Positions 54,087-64,000 of a DNA stretch of 64,000 nt are shown one piece after another. The stretch lies in NCBI GenBank assembly GCA_028023455.1, contig JAQFVV010000007.1, positions 1,984,001 through 2,048,000 on the forward strand, in the 5' to 3' direction. The translations under genes and the position numbers were made by a program. Under the pieces are notes generated by a model that was given only the letters and a program-made list of their open reading frames with translations, was not told the origin of the DNA and searched no databases. Within the stretch, counting starts at the first letter, position 1, and every line of letters begins with the position of its first letter. Source of the DNA: Epiperipatus broadwayi (taxonomy: Eukaryota; Animalia; Onychophora).

Positions 54087-54753
54087 ACAGGAATTTTAGA
54101 AACTAGATCTAAACACAAACTCTGAGCGTTTATGAAACAGTTTCTCATAAATGTACCTTTGAGGCCTTTCTAGCAATGATTTATATTGCAGAGGCTTCTA
54201 CTATGTGGTGATTCTGAACTGAGATCAGACCAATGTAGCTATCTGGCTTGCTATGCTGAGTTTGAAGACATTATGTGTCTAAAAGATTCACGCTTGCAAG
54301 CTGAATAGAAACTGTTTCATAAACGCTCAGAGTTTGTGTTTAGATCTAGTTTCTAAAATTTCTGTCTTTCACTGATGATAGAAAATAGCTTGAAATCATA
54401 ATCTGAAAGTGGAATTAAAGTTAGAGATAGTGAATGCATGCTCTGATGTTTATGTAAACATACGCTTGACGGTGTTTTTGGTAGAACGCCATCTGTTGAC
54501 ATAAATACAAGCATTAGCAAGTTTTTAACTTGGTTTTTTGTTTTTCATAAATGTACCTTTGAGATCTTTTTAGCAATGATATATATTGCAGAGGCTTCTA
54601 CTATGTGGTGATGCTGACCCATGTAGCTATCTGGCTTGCTATGCTGAGTTTGAAGACATTACGTGTCTAAAAGATTCACGCTTGCAAGCTGAATAGAAAC
54701 TGTTTCATAAATGCTCAGAGTTTGTGTTTAGATCTAGTTTCTAAAATTCCTGT

Positions 54754-54797
54754 CTTTCACTGATGATAGCAAATAGCTTGAAATCATGATCTGAAAG
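54754..54797 (+). ncRNA. Type I hammerhead, intact (family B); mutated copy at 54366-54409
   Basis: Same 44-nt motif on plus. Confidence 0.86.
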
Positions 54798-54946
54798 TGG
54801 AATTAAAGTTAGAGATAGTGAATGCATGCTCTGACGTTTATGTAAACATACGCTTGACGGTGTTTTTGGTAGAACGCCATCTGTTGACATAAATACAAGC
54901 ATTAGCAAGTTTTTAACTTGTTTTTTGTTTTTCATATATATATAGT

Positions 54947-55430
54947 AAATAAAATCAAGTCATACATCATGTGACTTAATTTGATAAGCTTGTATTTTAT
55001 AAAACAAAAGAATGATCATGGCTAGAGCTATTAGCATGCTCATTATTTTATTTAATAAAATACAAGATTATGCAGTTAAGTCACTTGATGTATGACTTGA
55101 TTTTTTATTATTTTAGTTTTGTTTTTAAGTCTGAAGAGTTTCAGAGCCATGTAGCTATTTAAGTTAGATAGCTGTATTTGAAGACATATAGGTGTCTGAA
55201 AATTTCAGATTTTCTACTTAATAATTAAGTATCAAATAACTGCTGGATTTGAGTTGGTATTTTGGATCTAGTGTCTGAAATATCCTAGTGCCTCACTGAG
55301 GATAGCCAATAGCTTGAAACCATTTTGGGGATGGGGATGTTTTTCCATTGAGATTTTGAATGCTTTCTCTTGCAGGATTCATCAATAAAGCTTGGTTAGA
55401 GCTGTTAATCTGCTCATTATTTTATTTTAT
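54947..55430 (+). mobile_element. Older diverged relative of arrays A/B: ~160-bp hairpin (54947-55110) plus one unit with a degenerate hammerhead (~55291-55335)
   Basis: catgtagctat...ttgaagacat...gatctagtgtct shared with A/B; CCTCA-CTGAGGA-TAGC-CAATA-GCTT-GAAACCA. Confidence 0.65.
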
Positions 55431-57043
55431 ATATATGTTATGAATGAATAACTATGCAATGGTGAATAGTTTCTGTTGCTTGCTTATTTTATTATTTAGA
55501 GTGCTTTTATTTTGTAAAAGAATGTGTGTGAGTGACTTATGGAAATAATTCACAGCTGAAAATTAAAATAGTTTTAATTTTTAATATTTGTATGAACAGT
55601 ATAAAATATGAAAATTTGTAGCATGTGCTTGCAAAAACCACAGAGTTAAAATTTCTTCTTTCATTACAGTGAATAAAATAGTTAATCTTTGTAAATACAC
55701 ACAGTCTTAGTTTATAATAGTAATTTTTATTAGTTGAAGAGTATAATGCAAAAATATACATGTCAAGAATGTTTAATTAACAGTGAAAATTATTTATGAA
55801 TTGAATTAATTGATACAATTTATTTTTGATAACTCTTTACATAAAAACGAATGTTCTAAAATATAAAATTAAAATTTACAATCAGAAAAACATTACAGTC
55901 TTGATATCAACAAGCTAATTAAGAACTTTAAAAAATTAAAGAGAAAAGTAAGAAAGTCTTAGATTTGGAAAAAAAATTTTTTGATCAACAGTTGGGTAGT
56001 GATGTAAAAAAGCTATGAAAAGCAGTTCAAGGGAAATTCAGTGATGGTGTTAAGGAAATCAAATCTAAGTTCTACACAATATCTGATGGTGCATGAACAT
56101 TAACCCATCTTTAATGAGTAAAAAAAGAAATGGTGTTGAATTGGATGTAGAATTACATCTTAGAAACCAAAGAGTAAAGTTAGATAGATTATAATTGTAA
56201 TGCTAAAAAAAAGACTTCTCTGAATTATATCTAGTAAAATTGTCAAGGAGGGATCCCTAAATGAGTCAAAGAGCATATTAAGATTGCAATGAAGACCAGT
56301 AAAATGGGTTCTTTTAATCTATGGCATAATAATTGTATAGCATCTATGTTTGATATTCTATTATTAAAAAAAATATTAATTGGTAGACCTCTTAAATTTA
56401 TTTTAAAAAGAAAATCAAAATATTTGGGTTCCAGATACCAATCTTTGAATTTTTTAATAATATAAATTTTACAAAACAATTAATCTAAATCAGAATATAT
56501 TCTTCCATTTAGTTTTATTCACTATATCAAAAGATTCTCATTGTAAATTTTGGGAAAAAATATAAAAACTGGATGAATGTATTTTAAAACATAATTTACT
56601 AAATTTTTAATAAATTTATTTTCAATTGATGATGGTGTATCAATAAGTTCAATATAAATAGAATTTTGGATAAATAGATATAAAGTAATAACTTTACACA
56701 TCTAATGTTAAAGTTTTTCTTTCTTAAATATAATTGTATTTTTCTACTGAAATTAGAAGATAATTTTGTAATATAGATTTCATTGTCTTAACAGAAAAAT
56801 TGGGAGAAAATCTCAGAACATTTTGAGAAGTGTGGAAGAGGTCAAGAGGAGAGAAATTTTATAAGAATTCTTTCAATAGATGATTTGTCTCTATTAAAAT
56901 TAAAAGAGACGCTCTAAAATAATTGTTTAGAATTACAAAAAATCGGGAAAAATATTTTTTTGAAGGAAGAAAAATGTAAGAAATATGTATGATTAGGAAT
57001 AGGAATGTGGACACCAGAAAATTTGTTGTTAATATCTATAAGC

Positions 57044-57569
57044 TAATAAACATCACATGATCACCATCTCTTATGCTTGCTTATAACTGTTATTAAAACA
57101 AGCAAAACTCTTTCTGTGTATTGCCACTCAGTGCAAGCCAGAGTAAACAATGGATGCCAGAAGTATGTGCATAAAATCCCCATTTAGTGCCTACTCATCC
57201 ATATCCCCAGCGGAGTTTTTGGCTTATGACATTCCTCAGTGAGGAGCCTTGGATCTGAGAGCACTGCATCTAGATCTTATGATCTAATGCAACCCTCCAG
57301 AAGCCACCTTTTATCTCTACTTAACTACAAAACTATGAGTCTTAAATTGAAAACACTATAATATTTTCAATCCAATCTCATTAGCCTTTCTAGGTGCAGT
57401 GCTCTCAGATTCAAGGCTTGTCACTGATGAAGGCCACAAGCCAGAAACTAGTCTGGGGATATTGGATGAGTAGGCACTAGATGGCGATTTTATGCACAAG
57501 CCTTCTGGACTCCACTGATTACTCTGGCTTGCACTGAGTAGCAATACAAATAGAGAGTTTTGCCCATTT
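57044..57569. mobile_element. Fold-back element D with hammerheads and a 14-bp TSD
   Basis: Arms ~57090-57274 / 57389-57574; TAATATCTATAAGC at 57030-57043 and 57570-57583. Confidence 0.85.
57421..57456 (+). ncRNA. Minimal type I hammerhead (family D); degenerate mirror at 57207-57243
   Basis: TCA-CTGATGA-A-GGC-CACAA-GCC-A-GAA-ACT-AGT-C^-TGG. Confidence 0.7.
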
Positions 57570-57899
57570 TAATATCTATAAGCAGATGATTAATATAAAT
57601 AATAAAAAAATAAGTCATTTAGAGGAGAGCCTTGTGGAGTAAAATTATGATGAGGAGAAATAGAATTATGATGAAGGAGACTGTAGACAATTCTTTATTA
57701 AGTGTAATAAGAATTTGTTATGTAAGAAGTAAGTTTGCAATGATATAGAGAAGAGATATTGAGATATGAGTTGATAAAGTAATTCTAGAAATTTAATCCT
57801 AGAAACTGAGTCACATGCAGCTGTAATATCCAACTGAAGTATTTATTAATGTCTCTGATTTCCTGTGCTTCCAAACTTCATCTGTGACAATTTTCAAAA

Positions 57900-59200
57900 G
57901 TCAACTTTAGAAGATGTACATTTTTTTCCAAATTGAAAATGAGAAATAATGAGAGATTTGAAATATATCTCAAATTATTTAGTGAAGAGAAAATGTTGTT
58001 TTAATGAAATGGACAATAAAGTATGAGTAAAGATTATCTATTGAATAAATATATAAAGATATAGATAGTTTACTATATTGAAGATAATAAATATAGTGAA
58101 TTGATGGATGTGAGTTAGTATGTATTTGGATATGATATAATAGCCTGGGGGAATACAGTCTGATGTGAAACTCAGTTTTTGCTTCATATTCAGTGATATC
58201 ATTATATATTTTACTTTGACAAAACAATAAGAATAAAGATTCAGACAAGTGTTTGAATGTAATTTAGACTTTAAATGACAATGTGGGATGTATTTTCTTC
58301 TATAAAGAATTTGCAATCAATTACAATATATTAAAGCATAATTTTTTTAAGTCTGTAATCAAGGACACAGCAAATATGTTTTTTAGATTAGTTATGTATA
58401 TTTTTCTCAGCCTTTGAGAAATTATGAAATCATGAAAGAGGCAAGTGTTTTTTTAATTTAATATGCAGTGTCTAGTTTTTTAAATAACTAATAGACCGTT
58501 TGTTTCTACATGAACAGAGCCTGATTACAGAGAATCAAGCTTGAATATGTTCTAGAATTATTATTTTTTTGTGAATAGATATAAATTTCAGAAAAGCAGT
58601 TTCTGGAGTTGCAGTTTTCAAAAGTAATCTATATAAGAAATAAATTTCCTTAAAAATCAATATCTAATTTGACACTAAGAGCAGAAAAACTTGTAAGACA
58701 TAAAATGGGATTAATTATAAAGTGAAGATCAGGGCAATAGATCTATGCTAATAGAATGTGTTTTAGTATAAAAAGAGAGAGTGTTCTCAGAAAAAAACCA
58801 TCTACATTCATAAATTTACTATTGATCAGATGAAGATATTTTGAAGCAAAATATGAATATGCAATGTTAAAGTCACCCAGTCAATACTACTGGATAAGAG
58901 TTTACAGAGAGAATTACATTACCATGGCCAATCAACTGAAATATTAGACTTGGTTTGTTATATAAATATTGTAAAATAATTATGAAAAATTATAGATGAA
59001 TGATTGAAGTTACTAAATGATATATCCAAGTAGAGAATGTAAAAAATTTGAAATGAAGGTTTAAGATTATTGATCATCCCAATATTTGTAGCCAGGTGTT
59101 GTCAATTGAAATAGTCAAATTTTAAAAATATACTTGATCAATATTTGAATTTACAAAGTTTAATTAGTATTTATATGACATTCTCTATTAGTTTTTTTTT
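57900..59200 (+). mobile_element. Very decayed non-LTR (RTE-like) RT remnant
   Basis: NFRKAVSGV (~58590, like DF.KAFD.V), QG-like (~58725) and DD-like (~58828) remnants in the expected order. Confidence 0.35.
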
Positions 59201-59749
59201 TAAAAAACTATATTAAAGTAAATTCTCATATAAATAAATCAACTTTAACTAAATAAATTACCAAAATGATTTATGTAATGGAGCATTATTAACTTTATTA
59301 TCCTAGTTATACATAGTTTCAGTGCAGTTTGAAGGCTAAAATTGACTATTTGTTAGTCTATTTTCAAAACATGTTATACTTACCTGTTTAATGAGGTTTA
59401 TGTAAACTTCTTTGAAATAAAAATTTCAATCTTTTTCAGTCAAGTTTCACTCTTTAGTATCTATATTAATATTGTTTAAGGGTGGACTGTTTTTGTGTAT
59501 TTATATATTGCAAAAATAAGGAGAATCTATCTTTTCAGTCGATTATGATATCAGTATATTGCAATCCCCACAAGAGAGATGATGACACATGAATGCATGG
59601 TAGATTGACATTGCATATATAAAGCCAGCCAACTTGTAACCTAAAGGCAATGAACTGACTGACTCAACCATCATGCTCTTATGAATATAATGGCCACATA
59701 GATCAAACACATCGCCAGACAGAAAATTTTACAAACTCTCTTAAATCAC

Positions 59750-62430
59750 CCCAAAATACTAAATAGAATAAATGCAGCATGAGAAAGCCAGTTCAATTGG
59801 CTAGACAAAATACCAACATATTATTCAGGAATGACATGGGTTTAATATCTCAAAAGATATTAGCAATAACAACCACACTTCATCTACAACTCAGCATTCT
59901 GCAATTGCTTTGGTATTTATGCTGAGAACACTGAGAATTATACCAACAATACACATTATAAAACATTACTAATAAACTAGATGAGGAGAAACCTCAACTC
60001 ACTCAACACTTTAATGATCTTGGTATTCCCCAAATAAATCATCAAACAACATGGTTACAATTAATTTCTTTTTGATAAATTTTCTACACTATCCTTTTTC
60101 AGTAAACTTTAATATCTGTAAATTCTTTCTCATCGTATTGCCATGATCCAATCTGCAGGAAATAAATAGTTTTATCAATCTTATTAATTCATAATGCAAC
60201 ATTAAATTTCTTTAGCAATAAGTCTATGAAACAATTTAAAATTAGAATATCATGATCTCAGGGTTCTTATAAGGAATATAAAATTTCTAATGATCTTATG
60301 AATACGTTATTGTTCAATGAATGTTATCCTAGCAATTAGCATAAGTAGACATATACTTAATTTACAAGCTAATATTTACTTTTCATTAACTATTAATAAT
60401 ATAATTTTATAAAGTAACAAATAGTTAACTAATATAAAATGTCATATCAAACTAAATTTTGAACTATACTACCATTAACTAGGAGCACATTTAAATACCA
60501 TGAGTGGGAAAGAGATTTTAAGTCCACCCAATACATTCATCAACTATATAATAAATTTATTAAAATGGAACTAACAATAATTAATTGGAATGTAATTTCC
60601 CTCCAATATATTTGCAGTTTAAATTATACTAATCTGTAAAGCAAATGATAAATAATTTCTTGAAAGTGATTTTCATATTTTCTAATAATCATTAATTTAA
60701 TGATTAACAATGTGCAATGTGTCTGTACCTGGATAAACATTAAAATATTTATTTATTGAGGTTGTATAAATGTTAAGATTTCTGGGTTCAATGAGAACCA
60801 AGAACATTACGACAGTACACCAAATTTAATTAACAAAAGAACTTTTATTAACAAAATTATCAACTTTAAAAATTATAAATTTTAATGTAACATAACATTG
60901 TAGTAATCTAATAACAAACTTAACTAAAAATTATATTTACAGTGGCTTTTACAATCGCTATGGAGAATACGATCCCACTTCCTTTCCATTTAAATAGGAT
61001 ATCATTGAATTGCATGCCCTTATCACACAGTAACTCTGCATGGATTTAACATTGAAATACCTCAACTATCCAAATTTACTCTATTTTAAACATCTCCTTT
61101 TTACTGCAAGCATTAATAATTATTTTATATAGCAGTACATAAAATAAGTTAACAAATTATTAGATAAATTTTAAACTTATTCCATCTTTTGACAAAAATA
61201 TGTCTTTTGATTCTATTGACTCTTAACTTTAGCTTTATACGCCACATATTAGTCATTATTTTATAAACCCTTAGTAAGCAAACCAAATTAACTAGTGGCT
61301 GTTGATTTGAAGTTATAGCTTTTAATTATATTATTTTATTAACTATCCCTCTTATGTTCTCTTCACACTTTTAACTTGCCAGCTGTAAACATAAGTAATA
61401 AACAATATTAATCTTATTACTCCAGTGGTGACTTGCTTCTGAGATCAGTTGGTCATGATGTGCATTGCTTATTTAGGCTACTAACATTAATTTCAAATTT
61501 AAAGTATTTATCTACCGGCTTTATAAATGATTGCAAGCAAAGCTCAGCAAAACACATTATACATCAATCATAAACCCACAATTAGGAATTAAAAAAATAC
61601 CCCTGAAATAGATAATACACTTCAAATATGAAACTCAAACAATGACCAACCATTTAAGTTAACAATACCTTATATGGTGAAGAATGTTACTATGAAGATA
61701 TGCCCATGAGAAAAATAAGACTACAAAGCAATAAACTTGTGATGGCATGAACTTGGAGGGTGCTTCTACTATTTAAGGGCAATAAAATATGTTAGGACTA
61801 AGTCACTACACACATAAAACATGGGAATGTACCAATCACTACTGCAACTATAATATGAAACATATCTTTTATGAAATATATCAACTATGGAGATAGAGAG
61901 TGATCTTTGATCTCCTACTAATCTAGTTAGAATAAGTACTACAAACAATCATGAGAGAGCAATGCTCAATCCCAATCCTCAAGGTAGAAATAACTTGACA
62001 TATCTTGGACATGCAATGGTCATACACAAATATCACTTGTCCTAGCGAACCTGATTTGAACTCTTGCTAAATATAATATACCATTGATGTATAAAACTGA
62101 TAATATGATAATCATCAAATATAACAAGAATAAAATTATATTAGCTTTAAATAATTAAGAAATAAGAAATGTGATCTTTCTCAAAACGTATCTCTCATAA
62201 CCTAGGACATAGCAACATTTAAAATCTTAATACTATATAATTAATATGACATAACATCGATAATGTTAAAATTTAATAAGAATAAAAAAATATATACATG
62301 AACCTCTTATGTAAATATTTTAAAATCTTTTACACCTATAAGTTATTAATATTATTGTAGCATCTACATTGAACTGTATCTAATGATACTAAAAAGGCAT
62401 ATTCCACCCTAATATAACCTAACTTTGGTA
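59750..62430 (+). mobile_element. Very decayed PLE
   Basis: LARQNTNILF..GLI (~59800), LICKANDK (~60630), AFTIAMENTI (~60945), IPYM (~61665), NIIYH*C (~62070), ILKRHIPP*YN (~62390) in PLE order. Confidence 0.4.
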
Positions 62431-63339
62431 CAGGTGGTATCAATAAATATATCATAAATACAAAATAGGATTTTCAATAACACATAATAAAACAAATGAA
62501 TAATAATAATAAAAATTATATTTAAAAAGTCCTTAGCAACAGTCTATTGTTCACAATTCATTGATCTATTCACTGCGATGATCTCACATTATCAGTATTA
62601 TCCAAACGATTGCATTAAGTCAGTTCTGTACACATTATATACACACACACATGACAAATATCTGGACATGAAGACAAACATTGCCATTTTCCATAAACCG
62701 TGTACATGCACACAAACAGATTAGTTCATGTTTCTCTTGACATTAGATTAATCTAAAGAATTGTAAAATTTATTATTCAGCAAAATTCTTTCAATTCAAA
62801 CAATTTTTAATATTATGCGGAGTTAATTGCGTTAATTGCGTTATTTCTTTAATCATATAAAGACCTCACACATCTTTCCCGAAAGCATCTAAAACTTTAG
62901 TAGATCATTTTAATACGCAATCTGATTCTTTTATAGGTTTTCGGTAACAATTAAATGAACTGTATAATTCTAGGATGTTTTACACTTCTGACATTCCATT
63001 TTCAAACATATATTTAGATCCAAATTTATTCATCTTAATCATAGTGATTTATGATTAAATCTGGCTATTCTATATGTTAAAACTTTTCTTATCTAATTAA
63101 TAAACAGTCTTATATTATTATTTCAGAATTTTTCATACAAAGAAACAGTTTCTCTTTCCTCATTGAGATAACAGGCATTTGAAAGTTAACTCATTTCTAG
63201 TATAAGTTCCAGATTATAGATAGTTCTAGAATTTAATTTTTTTTTTTTCCTTTCCTTCAAGATCAGCCATTCAAGCAATTCATATAAAATAACAGTTCTA
63301 GCAAAATCAGGATATAGTAAAAGTAGTCCTTGTGATAAT

Positions 63340-63454
63340 TCAGGCTTGGAAAGCCAGGGGGTTGATTCCAGATGTATCATTCCTCGACATGTTGTACATA
63401 AATTCTTTATCATTGGGATCTGGTTCTTGGTCAACATTGGGGCAAAATGAGTAC
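63340..63454 (-). CDS. Candidate terminal coding exon of an unidentified host gene
   Basis: AG acceptor (tttaaatcag) then phase-2 open frame YSFCPNVDQEPDPNDKEFMYNMSRNDTSGINPLAFQA*; GC above background; no recognisable TE motif. Confidence 0.35.
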
Positions 63455-64000
63455 CTGATTTAAAGATTTACATCAATATTCTTACTTAAAACAAAAACTT
63501 ATTAAAATTTTACTTCTGGGAGTTTGAACTTCAAGTTTTCTGAAACTCTGCAAATTCAATACCCATTTTTTTTAGTACAAAACTTTAGCAGAATTTTTAG
63601 TGATGAAACACAAGAACAAGAACCAACACTAGAAATCTCTCAAAGGTATGTGTGGCATTTTATAATCTCCAGTTGTCAATCATCCTCAGACATGCCTCCT
63701 TTGCTTGTTCTTTTCTTGTATTAATTTTCTATTGGCTATTACTTATAATTAAGACATTAATTATTTACACTAGCCAAATGATCATGTGATTTACTTGGGA
63801 TTTTCTCAGTTTTAAATTGTATCATTAAAAAAAAATCAAAATGAAAAAATGTAGTAAAATGAAAGTAAAATATAATATAAAATAACTGATTTAAATTAAA
63901 TCAAATTTGATGACTGAATAATTTCAAATATTTCTTTAAATTTAAATTAAAGATTGTTGCCCTTTCAATTTGCTTTTAAATGATACCAAACATGATTTAT

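Larger units (their letters stand above)
53553..54935. mobile_element. Retrozyme-like tandem array B (~400-bp unit): ~1.5 units on minus, 2 units on plus
   Basis: Homologous to array A; unit spacing 54148-54548-54935; inversion at ~54146; (TA)n flanks. Confidence 0.88.

Noticed and set aside
53905-54935. Duplicated 64-aa ORF MKNKKQVKNLL...
   Set aside because: Antisense to the ribozyme unit and not preserved in array A; likely incidental.
55900-57000. Possible LINE remnant
   Set aside because: Too decayed to read any motif reliably.

Overview
AT-rich eukaryotic (animal-like) DNA made almost entirely of decayed mobile elements. No intact protein-coding gene is recognisable; there is one candidate host terminal exon near 63.4 kb. 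Contents: Penelope-like retroelements (PLEs), several RTE LINE remnants, a hAT MITE, a rearranged Gypsy remnant, a non-autonomous gag-only LTR element with 2.6-kb LTRs (9307-17101), and a 12.9-kb Ty3/Gypsy element (29669-42569) with a solo LTR nested in its 5' LTR. Main discovery: between 43 and 57.6 kb lie five or six distinct non-coding repeat families that each carry a minimal type I hammerhead ribozyme (CUGANGA...GAAA, covarying stem I, palindromic stem III). They occur as ~400-bp tandem 'retrozyme' arrays or as fold-backs. The five two-armed insertions all point their 3' ends outward, two have 14-bp target-site duplications and two sit in (TA)n. Four of the families, plus a degenerate related unit, have a non-canonical U.U or A.A pair at the base of stem II. 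This suggests a PLE-driven, two-ended insertion system that generates palindromes. Coordinates were read by hand; identity values are by-eye estimates.
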